A stretch of 64,000 nt of DNA from the NCBI GenBank assembly GCA_028534125.1, contig CM052817.1, positions 83,392,001 through 83,456,000 on the forward strand, in the 5' to 3' direction. Within the stretch, counting starts at the first letter, position 1. The number at the start of each line of letters is the position of its first letter. Origin of the DNA: Lama glama. Taxonomy: Eukaryota. Shown here piece by piece: positions 13,593-29,000 of this stretch. The notes below the pieces were generated by a model. That model was given only the letters and a program-made list of their open reading frames with translations. It had not been told where the DNA came from and ran no database searches. The translations under genes were made by a program, and so were the position numbers.

Positions 13593-15429
13593 TGTTATTT
13601 AATTCTTTCAATAATTCTGGAGATAGTTAACAGTACCCTATTAGATATATGAGGATTAGAGAGACTGATTTATCTAGAGTGGTAGAGCCAGGAGTCACAC
13701 TCAGTTATGCAGATCCATCCTACACTTAAGAGCTTGTACCACACAAATAAATTTTTAAGTTATATTTTCTTGTAATGTTCTCTAACTGCTTAATATATAT
13801 GAAATCCATGTGACACCCTCCCTCCAAGTCCCTTGAGGTCCAGTCCTCATGCAGGGCATACCATAATGCTTAGTTAATACTACTGACTTGAACTGGCAGA
13901 CAAGGAAGGCCTCAAAAGTGATAATGAAGTTCCCATAAAAAGGTTGCTATTTAAATATTAAATAATTCCAAACTTTCCTAGAAGGACTGTGAACTACCAG
14001 ATGCTTCAGACAACCTAGGAGAAGCTTTAGGAAAGCATCATCATGGAGAAACACTCAGTAGGTGTTTGCAGATGATGACGAGAAACTCTTAAGGGAATTG
14101 AACCTTTGACAGAATGGAGTAGAAGTGTCAAAGATCAGAGTTGTCCTTCAAAACTTCAAGCATCCAAACATTTAAACTTCCAAAGAGTATGTCCTAACAA
14201 GAAGTTGGAAAGATTAAATAGAGTGATTCCTTCGATCACTTTCATGTTCTAAAGCATTTCCTTTTCTTTGACCCTAGAGGTCCATGTTAGCTGAAGCAGT
14301 TTTAGAAGACAACTAAATTGGACCATTTCACTACCATGAAGTAAATTCTGACACAATTCTTTATCCTCTGTCCTGAGGCTGGGATCCCAAGGAAAAGAGA
14401 TGGAGCAACGTCTGGACATGTCTCAGTAACCACTCACCCAGCTCTTACTCTGGCACTACCAGGAAATATCCAGCCAAATACACTGAGTTGCTGTCTTGTG
14501 TCCCTCCCATAACAGGCACTACACCTGTATTTACAGAACTTCAAGCCTTGCCATAGTGCCCTGGTGATAGAGCTAATGCCCAATAAGCTTACAGCTACAG
14601 AGCTATCAGGAGAAAACAAACCTTTGATAGCAGTGGGTTTCAACCTTAGCCTGCGGCTAATGGCCATTAATGCTAAAGGAAAACTCCTATCCAACACCTT
14701 TTTAAGCACCGTTCTTGGTAATCTTTAAACAGTAACCATTTCCATCACCATGGCTCTTAAAGCTTCTTAATAATTAGTCCTTTAGAAACTGTGGACAAAC
14801 TGGCAGTTAAAAGCTCCTAGCTCCTCACTGCAGTCCTGCTCAGTGGCGTGTATGAGTCTCTTTGTGACTTTCATTCAGGGCATGTGGCAGCTGGAGCATA
14901 GCTGACCCCATATTTCAACAGGCTCATTCGCCTGGTTTTTAGGAGTCAGAGACAACACTCCAGCTGCCAGTTCCATGCCCAATGACAGGGTGAAGGATCT
15001 TTTCCACAGAAAGTCAAGTAGCCTTTAACATAAACAGCTCAAATCACTGGCTTATTCTTTCTACTCTCTTCCCCTCTCCTGTGCCAACGGACCTCCCTCA
15101 GCTTTGTAATACCTTCTGTCACCAACACAATTAAGGCCACTGCCATGCACCCACCCCCAACACCCTTATGTGTAGAGAATATTAATGTATCAAAACTTAA
15201 GCCACCAAAGAAAAGGGGTATGATAACTTACTGTGAAAATTTGTTCACTTAACTGCTCATTCTCTCAAGAACTAGTTTAAACTCTTCTTAAAAATTAATA
15301 AAACATTATTACCTCCCTAAGCATCCATGCACACTTACATACAACACTGTATCAGCCAAGAATGTATTTACTTTGGGTAATTTTTTTAAGGAATTGCTAG
15401 AGTATCATATGAAACGTCCCCCAAATATA

Positions 15430-15740
15430 AATACATATGTATATTTGTATTATGTAGATAGTTGTATATAGATACATAACCACAGTATTTAAATGTATAT
15501 ATTTATATATCTGTTTATTTATATTTTGAATTTTATATAGTATGTATATTCATTTATTTGATTACACTAATGTTACATAACATATACATACATAAAATAT
15601 GTATTTTTATGTATGTATTTTGCATAAAATATACTAATATAAATATATAGTAACACAAATATTTCAAATAGCATATTTATATAGAGAATTTACTTTATAT
15701 ATAAATATGAACGTTTCCTAAAATATAAATATATACACCT
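15430..15740. repeat. AT-rich / (TA)-like low-complexity tract
   Basis: Mostly A/T with degenerate tata and tgta units. Confidence 0.85.
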
Positions 15741-18700
15741 TCACCCTAAACAAAACCTTGTGAGAGTCATTCAAGTCCACAGTGAAATTTCTTCCACTCC
15801 TTATTTTATTTTTTGTGTTTATGTTATGAATGGGGAAGGGGTGACAAAAACAGAATCACCGTATCTAATGAAGTCTGGCTCTGCTATCAGGTCAAATAAA
15901 AAATCAGGAGATCTATGACCTTGAGGTATTTTCATCGTTAAAAGGAACTCTGTCATTTTCAAGAGGATGATAAAGGGGTTATAAACAAAAGTTTCACTCC
16001 TAAATATGAAGAAAAATAACTTTTTTGGGATTTCAAAGGTCAATATAATCCAAAGTCAAGACTAAAACTGGACAGAGAAAAAGTTAAATAAAGCTAAGAC
16101 AATGATAAGATTTATTCCCAGATACAGAGATAACTATCATGAAATAACAGAGTCTCAATCACTGGGATAGGGTTGTTCATCGGTTTCAAAAAAAAAAACC
16201 ATACACGTGCATATCTAAGTCATAAAGAATTCATGAATAGGGAGGAGGTACAAATGTAAGTTCTGATTCATTTATTTTTGTTTACTGCACACTCAACTAA
16301 TGTCAAAGAAGGATCTGAGGCAGAATTCTGTTCTTAACTATCAAAGACTCCACGAGGGAAAGGTGGCAGCACCAGCAGAAGGAATGTTAACGTGGCTGCT
16401 GGTTTCCCTGCCCTTCCCCAGACCAGGCTCTTTCACATGAGGTTGGCGCTGCCCTCCCACATTCCCCTGATTCAAAGAAAACTAAATAAATATGTATTTT
16501 ACTACTTGGCAATATGTGTGACTTTTTAAAAGCCATTCCATCAAACACTGAAAGTAAATAATTGTGTGGTTTATGTATACAACTTGCATTGTTTATGGCA
16601 AGTATAACAGAAAAAAGGCAGAAAACGGTTAAATATTTGATTCTGGCATTTCTAAGTAGTGTCTGATATAATAGTTAATTGCATTTTAAGAATATAAACT
16701 ACCTCAGCAAATTCTATTCCCCCCAGGAACTGCCAAAACTGCATTCTGCAAATACTAAAAAGAAGAAAACTTTTGCCAAATACAAAGATGGTATCTATAA
16801 GTGAAAGAGTTAAGAAAATGATGAGCTCTGTAATAGATTTTCTTTTCATTCATATTTATATGTTGTAAAATATCTTAGTAGCTCAGATGGATGCATTCAA
16901 TACCTTATACTTTGAAAGCAATTTATGAACTTCACTAAAAAACATTTACTATCAATGCCACAGAGCTTTTCCCAAACAATTTTTACCATAAAATTGTTCC
17001 ATCACATACTCATTAATATCTTACAAAATACTAACATCCCCAGAGCATAGCTTAGAAATCAGTTATACGGAATGTAATAATGTATTATCCAACAGTATGG
17101 GTAACAGAAATATATACATGTGCTAAAGAAAGGAAGCAAGGTATTTACAGATAGAGAATGCTCCTCAAATACCATACTCAGTAGTCCTGACTCTTACTGT
17201 CCCCTACCTCCCCATCCAGTCTTATTCAGTTTCTGTACCGTTTTGAAAACCTTTTTCTATTTTTCCTAATTTTGATTCTCCAAAAAAGTTCATGACTATT
17301 TGAATCAACCTTACTCAGATTTTTATTTACAGATAAAAGAAAATCCAAATATAACTAAACAAAACTACATTGAACTTGTATAAATAGTAATATAAATAAA
17401 TGTATTACTAAAATGACAAAAATATATTAATTGAAACAAGATGTTCCCCCTTTTCAGGAACACTACAGTTTTAGCTAAAGTAAATATGACAGAGAAAAGC
17501 TAGAATATGTATAAAATAATGCTGAAAGGATACAAATAAACTGATAATAAATGGTTGCTTCTAGGGAAGAAAACTAGAGGATTTTTTACTGTATACTCTT
17601 TTGTTGTGTTTGAAGTTTTTATCATATATATTGTTGAGTTTTCAAAAAAATAGAAATATATATTAAATTAAAATTCTTGTAAACAGTAAAGATGTTAAGA
17701 ATCCATATAGCAAACATAAGATGGTGGGGTTTGCCATCTGCCTCATACATGGGAATTTCCTATTTAGTTAAAAGACTGAGCATGAAAATTATTTCTTTAA
17801 ATCTTAAAATTGACAAGAAATATTAAGACCTCCAGAGAAAAAAACAATTAAATAGCTATCCAAAGCAAACATAAAGCTCATGATGGTGGGTTATACTTGA
17901 TTTAAACATCTGACTCTTTATACAATATCAGTAAATCCTTAGTAATATGTGGACTCAAATAAACATCTAAGAAATTAAAATTATTGAATTCGCAGTCAGT
18001 GGCTAATAAAAAGGCATTTCAAGGCCCAGGAACATTAAGCTTCCTGGGCCTTGACATCATGACACAAACAGAAAATCCTGAGGGAAAGAGAGAATGATTC
18101 AGACCTAAAACTTCAGGAGAATATGGTTATATAGTACTGAAAAAATTTAAGAAAACTTTATATACTAAGACATTCATTAGCTTTGTAGTACGATGAGAAA
18201 AAATGGAAATAACCTAAATGCACATTAATACAGAACTGTGGAGTTACAGAACATCCCCTCAATTAGCATTATGAATTTTCATCTTAAAAACTATGGAACA
18301 GCATAGAAATTATTATTATCTAATGAAATCGTAATATAAATTGCATATATTCCATTATCAAAAATATGTTTCTGTGCAGTATTTGTGGTCCTCAACTGCT
18401 GCAGCTCCAAGAGCACAGAGAGGAAGAAGCTGAAGACTAAGACTCCTGATGTTCAATCATACACATACAGAACACACAGCATACAAACACACACACACTC
18501 ATCCTCTCTGCCACATCACCTGAGCTACTGCCACCTCTTTGGGACTCAGCATGGGAATGTACACATGTATCTGCCATATGAAAAAGATACTTTCTAAATA
18601 TTGTCACTTTCCTCAGCCTTGAGGAAATTCCCTCAAATAACCCAGAACCTTCCAGGATTACAACCCTTCTACCTATCTCAACTCAAGATTCCATCTCCTC

Positions 18701-20664
18701 CCCTTTCGGAAGCATAATCTCAAGCTTCATCCTCTTCATTGGACCTAAAATTCTGAAACACAAAAGATTTTGACATCCTCTCTGCCAGCTGATAAGGAAT
18801 AATGTTAGCAATGAGACAGAGAAGTTAGGAAGGGGAACTAGTTTAGTTGAAGGAAATATAATTCATTTGTTCATTCATCCAAGAAAAATGCACTTCCTGC
18901 ATAGTATACACCAAATGTGGAGCACACAGAAGCAAACAAAATAAACACAGTTCTCAATTTTATCTGGGGCAATTAATGCTGAGTCTAATTTGGACACAAT
19001 GAATCTGAGTTACGGCTAGGAAAACCTAATGGATCAACTTGTAGACAGATAGAAACATGGCTTTCCAAAAAGTGCAGACAAGACTCTCCACAGGGTTAGT
19101 TTTGGATTCTAAGCAGATACAAACTGAACACAGAGGATTTAAAGGGACTGAGTAATTGAGTGTTTCACTGAAAATACAATGCAGGCTTGGTAGAATGGGC
19201 AATAAGATGTCAATTCCACAAATTTTAGAGACCTCAGAGGTAGAAGTTTACTTCTGATGAATGATTAAGAATAGAATATAGTCACACTAGATCAATGTTG
19301 GAAGAGTGGAGACAGGAGTTGAAGGCCTCAGAGAGAGCCAGGACTATTAAGTTAGAAGAGTGGAAAAACATCATTTTCATTAGCCAAAGATTTTTCAACA
19401 CAGGAGCAATTTAAATCAACAAAAGAGGCCTTGGGATAAATTTTAATAATATCTCTACATATAATCACTCTGAAGGAGGAAAGCTTTAAAGAGGTTGACA
19501 TGCCTTAAGAGACCTGAGAGGAGAAAATTTCCATGAAAACAAACAAAAAAATGGCCTGGAGATGAGATGAAAAAAAAAAAAAACTTAAAAACTGTAAAAG
19601 CTAAGTACATGACTCACAAAAAACATATTTTAGGGGGAAAAAAGGAAAATGTGAAAAAAAAAAAAAACAAAAAAGGTACAGCTTCAAAGAGCACTGGAAA
19701 ACTCAGGGAAAAAAATGGAGGTGAGGAAGAAAAGAAACAGCTAATAACCATATCCAATTTGGCTCTAATAATGATGTCAAGGATTATTACTAAAACAATA
19801 AATACCATCAAGATACAAATACTTTATAGCCACTAGTGACCTAATCCTCCTTTCTCTCATTTATACTGCAACTATAAACAATAAACTACACATTTGGAGA
19901 ACATGAAATAATTAAATTAAAAAGACTCCTTTGGGAGGTAACATTGGATAATACTGCTTCATCCACAAAAAAATACAGCAATGAATGAGAATGAGACATT
20001 CAAAAGAATAAAGAACTCCAAATTCTCTACAATGATAGAGAAAATGTGGTTAATGTTACCATGGTATTTAGATTAGCGTAACTGGGCAATGGATACTTTT
20101 TCAGCAAATCTAATGTTTTTAATAGTATTTCAACATTTCTTCTCTGACATCAGGTTTTTAAATTACTAAATTCCAAAGTCAATCAGAGACAATTTAGTAA
20201 TTATGTAATTTATTAACTTGGGGGTGGGAGAGGAAAGTTTAGTGTTTCATTTTGAAACTTCCCTTCTTTTAAAAGAGCTACAATGAATTGAATCTGGTGA
20301 AGTTTTCCATATTTTTATGAGAACAAAATGCTATTAAGGCCTACAAACAAAATGTATTTTTATTAAAATGACTAATGCTTAGTGAAAAGTTCAAAAGCTG
20401 GAAAAGCAGCACTAAAAAGGATTTTAAAAGCAACAGTTCAGCTCACTCAGTTACTGGAAAAGTCATTTTCAAAGTTAACCTTCAGGGGCTAGGCAGCAGC
20501 TGGAAAAGCAGCTTATTTCATTACATAGTTCGTAAATGTCATGCACTATTCTTGAAAAAGTCAAAATATGTTACCCTTAAAGACTTCAAATGACTCTATA
20601 AGAGCAGATAAGATATACAATAGATATAACACAAAATACATATATTAAAAGATTTCTCTCAATC

Positions 20665-21075
20665 AGATACAATGTATGATTACTGGCTGCCTCCTGGATT
20701 CAAAAACATAAATAAGTCAAAGGTTATAAAAAAACTTTTTTTAATAATTGAAGAAATTTGAATAAAGAATATACTAAATTAATCTTAATTTGAAGTTAAA
20801 TTTCTTTGGTTTAACAATGTTTTATATTTAAGAAGGAAGATGTCCTTGTTCTTTAAAGATTCATGTTGAAGTATTTGGTGATGTCTATAACTTACTTTCA
20901 TCTGTATGTTGTGTGTATGTTTTGTGTGTGTGTACATACAGAGATAAAGCAAGTGTCTCAATAATTTTTAAAAGTGATAAATCTAAATATAGTGTATATG
21001 GGCATTCACTGCACTATTATTTTTATATTATTCCAATTTTCCTATAGGTTTTTAACTTTTATAAATGAATAGCTG
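20665..21075 (+). mobile_element. Ancient L1 3' end (L1MC4/L1ME-like)
   Basis: catgttgaagtatttgg...taacttacttt and gtatatgggcattcactgcactatt motifs. Confidence 0.65.
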
Positions 21076-21814
21076 GGGAGGAAGGCAAGATATCTCAAGC
21101 CAACACTGTTAGAAAATAGAATCTGTACAGAAACACAAGGCAGAACTAAATAGGAAAATATCACCATAAAAACAAATTTATTTAGCATCTAAATACACAT
21201 GGTACACTGTACCAGGTGTTCTAACAAAAAAATAACGTAGTCTCTGGCTTTTAGGAACACATAATCTAAGGCCAACATTGTTGATAAACATAAAGAACAC
21301 TTAAATTGAAGAAAGAACAGTTATGTAAATGTAAACAATAAGGAAAGTATATGTCTTAATCATCACTACTTTTCTGACCACACACACAAAAAAAGCTGCC
21401 CAAATCTGGCAACGCTCATTCCAACCTTTATGACTTTAACTGGCCTCACAGGATATAGAAAATTTAACAAGTATCATTTTCTCATTCAAGAATGGGAGTG
21501 ACCATTAAGAACATTATAACAGAGTATTCTGTGTTAAATTACAAATTTGCCCTCTTCCCAACAACCCCTGCTTTCCTTCATGAGTCAGTCCAAACATTCT
21601 TTCTTAGGAGCATTTTCTGATTGACTTAAACTGAGCTAAGACAAAGATAATAGTAATATCTTATTATTATTACAGTATATAATTTTTCCAATCCACACTG
21701 ACTAAGCATTTGCTAGGTGCTTGAGATACAAGAATTAATAAGATACTTGCTATGCCATCGACAAGTCCCTAGCCTGGTACTGGAGACACCCATGCAAAGA
21801 AATAACTATGTATA

Positions 21815-22305
21815 CTGCCAGGAGCAGGGAGAAATTTCCCCCTAACCCATTCTGAATTCTTTTGACTGGTCTAATAATTAAATTGACACAAGACAGATTA
21901 ATAGGAGAAAAAAGTTTGATCTGTATGTCAAGAGTCTCATAGAAACAGGACACCCAGAGTAACCAAAGAAGGCTGTTCATATATTATTTTTAGACAAAGA
22001 AACAATTATTTGTGAAGATTTAACAAAACAAAGGGGCTTGTACTTGGGGTAGTAAACTGATGAAGTAACAAAGTTTGCTTGTACAGCTTAGCCTTGAATT
22101 CCCTAACTCTGGTGATAAGGATGCTTTCTATACTGCTAGTATAGAAAGGATACCTTCAAGTGGGAGATTTATTTCCTGCTTTCATGGAGAAAGAGTATTT
22201 TTAATATGATTTTTCCCCCACCATCCATCTGCCAAATAACTGCAATTCAAAATAATCAATATGCCACGGTGGCATATCTTAGGGTGGCCTGCCCTGAGAT
22301 CCAAC
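21815..22305 (-). mobile_element. ERV1-class solo LTR (MER4/MER34 group-like)
   Basis: aattgacacaagacagattaataggagaaaa and aaaataatcaatatgccacggtggcatatcttagggtggc, ending ...aaca. Confidence 0.7.
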
Positions 22306-22309
22306 AATA

Positions 22310-23065
22310 TCATCTATTATCATGCCATCCACGAAGCTGTTCACACCAGAAACCTCAGATTCCTTTTATGATTCTTTTCTTTTGTCCACTGACATTTAGG
22401 CCATTGGCAAAGTGACTCTATCAAGACAAACATATCCTGAATGCATCCTTTTCTTTCCACTGTTACTCTAGTCCAGAACTAGCTTCTTTCACCTATATTG
22501 CTCCTAAGAAACATAATTTGTCTCCCATAAATGGTCTTCCCCTCTTGACTCTTTACAATCTGTTTTCCACACAGGAGCCAGAGTAATCTTTTAAAACATA
22601 AAACAGATCATGTCCGTCCCTTGCTTAAACCCTTCAAATGGTTTCATCTGGAACAAAATTCAAATTCTTTACCATGGCTGCCTGCCAAGTTCCATAAAAT
22701 CTGGACCTGTCTGTATCTGTATTTCTGGCTTAATCTCCTAATCTCCCTCTCACACAGTACACTTTAGCCATACTGGCTTTCTGCATATTCCTCAAATATA
22801 TCAGCTTTTTACATTTCCTCTTACGCTTTCACATGAATCATTTCTCTGTGCCTAAACTGCTATGAATATTTGAGTGGCTAGCTCATTATTGTCACGCAGG
22901 TCCCAATTAAAATGTTACTTCTCAGCAAGGTCTTTACCTATGACTCACTCTAAAAATAGCCATCTGCCTTCTTTCTTCATTTCACCCTGTTTTAGTATCA
23001 TTGTAACACTGATCACTACTTGACCTTATCTTATTTAAACTTTTATTGGCTGTCTCCCTCTTCTA
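22310..23065 (+). mobile_element. L2 LINE 3' fragment
   Basis: ccacacaggagccagagtaatcttttaaaacataaaacagatcatgtc...cttgcttaaacccttcaaatgg. Confidence 0.8.
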
Positions 23066-26000
23066 AATCAAGCCTTCTCAGAAGAAATTACTACTGCTCT
23101 TTCAGAAATAAAAAAGAATTATAATGGAGTACTATGAGCAACTGTACACCAAAAAATTAATAATTTAGATGAAATGGATGAATTCCTAGAAAGATAAAAA
23201 CTACTAAAACTGAATCAAGAAAAAACAGAAAACCAGAATAAGCCCACAAAAATTAGAAACTGAATTATTAATTTTAAAAATTCCCAAAAATAAAAGACCA
23301 TGGCCAGTTGGCTTCACTAGGGAGTTCTACCAAAAATTTAAGAAGAATTACTAGAGAGTTGAGATCAAGATGACAAATCAGGAAGATTCTGAGTTCATTT
23401 CATTCCAAAGGCACACAAAAAATATAACTACTTAGAGAGTAACTACCTTTGCAGTAACCTACAGAACAGAAGAAAAGATTTTCCACAACAAAAGATCTAA
23501 AAAAGGAGCCACAACAAGGTGAGTAGGAGGGGCAGAGATGCAGCCCAGTCAGGACCCATACTCTTGGTATGGTAATCCACAAGCTGAAGGGATATCACAA
23601 CCACACCAGTCTTCTCAAGCAGCAAGGGGTCCAACCCCATTCACCCTCCCTACACCATGGGTTCTGCCCTGGGAAGGCGAGCCTCCAAAATATCTGGTTT
23701 TGAAAACCAGCTGGGCTCGCACTCAGGAGAGTCAGAGAGCGGTAAATAACTGAGACTTCACCCTTAACAGACGTGTGCAAAAACACACTCACTTTGAGTC
23801 CCAGCAGATATAGCATTTGAAAGCTGGGTCAGACCTAGGTCAGACGCAGTTGCTAATTTGGAAAGCCTCATGGAGAAATTGGAGGCAGGTGGAACACCCA
23901 CCTAGAGACTGAGATGCTGGTAGCATCCATTTTGTGATCTCATTCTACCATGCTGACATGCATGCTGGTGGGCCTTCCCTGGGGGTCTAGCATTGGGGGT
24001 CTGCCCCACCAACAAGCATGCCTGAACAGTCACATGATGGTGAGGCTCACAACCACCCAAACCAGGGTCTTGCCCCACTCAAGAGTGCATCTACAGCAGT
24101 CACACAAAGCAAGTCCTCACAGCCCAGTCAGGGGCCAGCCTTGCCTACCAATGTGCTTGCAGCAGTTAGCCCCACCAAAAAAGAAGGATGCACACAGCCC
24201 ATAGAGGGTACACTCATAGAGAATTTGGCTCTGGTTGCCAAAGGGGAGCATGCTAGTAGACCCCACATCTCCAACATAAAGCCACCTCTCCAATACCAGA
24301 AGATATAACAAACATACCTAATACATAGAAATAAACAGAGAATTAGGCAAAATGAAGAGACAAAGGAAAATTGTCCAAACAAAAGGAAAAGGGAAAACCT
24401 CAGAAAAATAACTAAATGAAACAGATAAGCAATCTACCTGACAAAGAGCTCAAGCTAATGATCATAAAGATGCTCACCAAACTTGAGAGAAAAATGAATG
24501 AGCACAGTGATAACTTCAATGAAGAGTTAGAAAATATAAAAAAGAACTAATCAGACCTGAAGAATACAATAACTAATATAAAAGATACACTAGAGGGAAT
24601 AAACAGTAGATTAGATTATACAGAACAATGGATCTACAATATGGAAGACAGAGTATTGGAAATCACTGAAGCTGAATAGAAAAAAGAAAAGAAAATTTTT
24701 TAAAAATGAGGTTAATGTAAGAGACCTCTGGGGCAACCACATGTGTACTGATACTTGTATTATGGGCGTCCCAGAAGGATAGAAGAGAGAGAAAGGAGCA
24801 GAGAACTTATTTGAAGAAATAATAGCTGAATACTTCCCTAACCTGGGAAAGAAAACAGACATCCAGATCCACGAAGCACAGAGAATCCTAAACAAGATGA
24901 ACCCAAAAGGTCCACAATGAGACACATTATACTTAAAACATCAAAAAATAAAGATAAAGAGAGAATTTTAAAAGTAGCAAGAGAAAAGCAAGTAGTTATA
25001 TTCAAGGGAATTACCATAAGACTATAAGCTGACTTTTTCGCAGAAACTTTGCAGACCAGAAAAAAGTAGCATGATATAGCCAGTGTGCTGAAAAGGGAAA
25101 ATCCTACAACCAGTAATACTCTATCTGGCAAAGTTATTACTCAGAAGTGAAAGAGAAATAAAAAATTGTATGGCAAGCAAAAACCAAAAGAATTCACCAC
25201 CACTAAACTGACTAAACATTAAAAATTACAGGAAATGTTTAAAGGACTTCTCTAAGCAAAAAAGTAAAGGCCATAATCAGATAAGAAAAACACGAAAGAA
25301 AAAAACTCACAGGTAAAGGAAGACATATAGTAAAGATAGTGGATCAACCACCTATAAAGCTAAAAGTTAAAACGTAAAAGTAGTAAGATCATCTATACCC
25401 ACAGTAAGTAGCTCAGAGCCACACAAAATAAAAAGATGTAAAATATGACATCAAAAACAATAAATACGGGAGGAGTAAAAATGCAGGGCTTTTAGAAGGC
25501 ATCCAAATTTAAGAGATCATCAATTTAAAATAGACAGATATATACACAGATTGTTATATATGAACCTCATGGTAACAAAACAACCAAAAACCTGTAATAG
25601 ATACCAAAACATAAAAATAAAAAGCAATCTAAACATAATACTAAAGAGAGTCATCAAGTCACAAGAGAAGAGAGCAAGAGAAGAAGAAAAGAATAAAAAA
25701 GAACTACAAAAATAACCAGAAAACAATTAACAAAATGGCAATAAGTACATGACCATCTATAATTACTTTAAATGTAAATGGTCTAAATGCTCCCATCAAA
25801 AGACATAGGATAGTTGAATGAATAAAAAAATAAGACCCATATATACGCTGCCTACAAGGGACTCACTTCAGGTCTAAAGACAATCCAAGACTAAAAGTTA
25901 AGGGATAGAAAAGATAATCCATGCAAATGGAAACAAAAATAAAATTGGGGAAGCAATACTTATATCAGACAAAACTGATTTTAGAGACTTCAACAAGATA

Positions 26001-29000
26001 CAAAGAAAGGCATTACATGATAATAAAGAGATCAATCCAACAAGAGAGTATAACAATTGTAAATATCTATGTACCCAACATAGGGGCATATAAATATATA
26101 AAGTAAATACCAACAGACATAAAGGGAGAAACAGATGGTAATACAATTATGAAAGGGGAATTTAACACCCAATTTACATCAATTGTTATATCATCTAGAC
26201 AGAAAATCAGTAAGGAAACATTGGTCTTAAACAACATATCATACCAGATGAACTTAATATATATGGAATATTTCATCCAAAAGCTATAGAACATGCACTC
26301 TTTTTCAAATGCACATGAAACATACTCCAAGATAAATCACATGCTAGGCCATAAAACAAGTCTCAATAAATTAAAGAAGACTGAAATTATATCAAGCATT
26401 TTTCCAACCACAATGGCATGAAACTTACTAGATACTTATAAACAGAAAAATAGAAAAACAAAAACATATGGAAGATAAACAACATGCTACTAAACAACCA
26501 GTAGGTTACCAATGAAATCAAAGAATAAATAAAAAAATACCTGAGAAATAAAAATGGAAACACTCCACACCAAAATCTATGGGATAAAACAAAAGCAGTT
26601 CTAAGAACAAAGTTTATACTGATATAACTTTCCCTCAAGAAAGGAGAAATATCTCAAATAAACAATCTAACATTATACCTAAAGGAACCAGAGAAAGAAG
26701 AACAAAGACCAAAGCTGGTAGAAGAAGGAAAATAATAAAAATCAGAGCATAAATAAATCAAAGAGACATGCAAAAAAACAAAAAAAATCAATGAAACTAA
26801 GAGCTGGTTCTTTGAACGGTTAAACAAAATTGATAACCTTTAACTTGATTCATCAAGAAAAAGAGAGGACCCAAATAAATAAAATCAGAAACAGAAAAGG
26901 AGAAGTTACAACAAACACCACAGAAATCCAACAATCAGAAGAGGTAACTACAGAGAATACATACCAACAAACTGGACAACCTAAAAAACTAGACAAAATC
27001 CTACAAATATGTAATCTTCCAAGACTGAATCAGGAAGAAATAGAAAATCTGAACAGACCTGTTACTAATAGTAAAATTGAAACTGTAATCAAAAATTTGC
27101 CAAGAAAAAAGAATCTAGGACCAGATGACTTCACAGGTGAATTCTAAAAAACATTTGAAGAAGAGCTAATATCTATCTTCCTCAAACTATTCCAAAAAAG
27201 CACAGAGGAAGTATCACCTTCAATTCTTTCCACCAACATTACTCTAATACCAAAATCATACAAAGACAATACAAGGAAAGAAAATAACAGGTCAGTATCC
27301 CTGATGAACACAGATGTAAAAATCCTCAACAAAATACTAGAAAATTGAATTCAATAATACATTAAAAGGAGCATATACCATGATCAAGTAAAATTTATCC
27401 CAGGGATGCAAGGATGATTCAATATACAAAAATCAATCAATGTGATATACCACAATAATAAGATAAAAGATAAAAACTATATGATCATCTCATCGGATGT
27501 AAAAAAAAAAAGCATTTGACCAAATCTGGTATCAATTTATGAAGAATATTCTCAACAAAGTGGGTATAGAGGGAACACACATCAACATAATAAAAACCAA
27601 ATATGATGAACTCGCAGCTAACATCATACTGAACTCTGAAAAACAGAAAGCTTTTCCTTTAACATGAGGAACACAACAAGGATGCATACTCCACTTTTAT
27701 TCAATATAGTACTGAAAGTTCTAGCCACAGCAATCAGGCAAGAAAAAGACAAAGGCATTCAAACTGGGAAAGAAGAGGTAAACTGCCACTATTTGAAGAT
27801 GACATGATACCAGTTTTAGAAAACCCTAAAGCCTCCACCAAAAAAACACTAGAACTAATAAATGAATTCAGTAAAGTTACATGATACAAAATTAATATAC
27901 AGAAATCTGTTGCTTTTCTACATGGTAATAACAAACTAACAGAAATGGAAGTCAAGAAAATACTCCCATTTACAACTGTATCAAAAAGAATAAAATACCT
28001 AGGAAAAAATTTAACTATGGAGATGAAAGACCTGTACTCTGAAAACTATAAAACACTAATAAAACATGTTGAAAACAACACAAATAAATAGAAAGATATA
28101 TCATGCTCATGAATTAGAAAAAATAATATTGTTTAAAATGTCCATACTACCCAAAGTAATCTACAAGTTTAGTGCAATGCAATCCCTATCAAAATATCAA
28201 TGGAATTTTTCAAAGAACTAGAACAAACCATCCTATAATTTGTATGGAACCTTGAAAGACCCTGATTGGCCAATGCAATCTGGAAAAATAAAAAAGAACA
28301 AAGCTGAAGGTATTATGCTCCATGATTTCAAAATATACTACAAATTTGATTACTACATTTAGTAATCAAAACATTATGGCACTGATAGAAAAAAACAAAC
28401 ACATAGATCAATGTTAACAGAATAGAGAACGCAGAAATAAACCCATGTTTATACAGTCAATTAATCTACAACAAAATGGGCAACAATATTAAAAAAAGGG
28501 AAAGACCGTCTCTTCATTAAAAGGTAATGGGAAAACTGGACAGATACATACAAAGAATCAAACTGGACCAACACTCTTCCACCATATCTAAAAATAAACA
28601 CAAAACAGATTAAAGACATAAATTTAAGACTTGAAATTATATAACTCCTAAGAGAAAACATAGGCAGTAAACTCTCTGACATCAGTCTTCGCAATATCTT
28701 TTTGGATCTGTCTCCTCAGATCCAAGGGAAATAAAAAGAAAAATGAACAAATGAAACAATATCAAATCAAAAAGCTTTTTGCACAGCAAAGGAAACCATC
28801 AACAAAATGAAAAAGCCATCTAGTTTTCATTTTGGAGAAGGTATTTTTAAATGATACATCTGATAAGAGGTTAATATCTAAAATATCTAAAATAGACAAA
28901 AACTCATACAACTCAATATCAAAAAAAAGCAATCCAATTAAAAAATGGACAGAGGACCTGAACAGATATTTTTTCAAGGAAGACATATGGATGGCCAACA

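Noticed and set aside
19567..19836. Lysine-rich ORF resembling a nuclear localisation region
   Set aside because: Produced by poly-A runs in low-complexity DNA
22124..22148. 11-bp stem hairpin ctttctatact-gct-agtatagaaag
   Set aside because: AT-rich and inside an LTR; no reason to infer separate function
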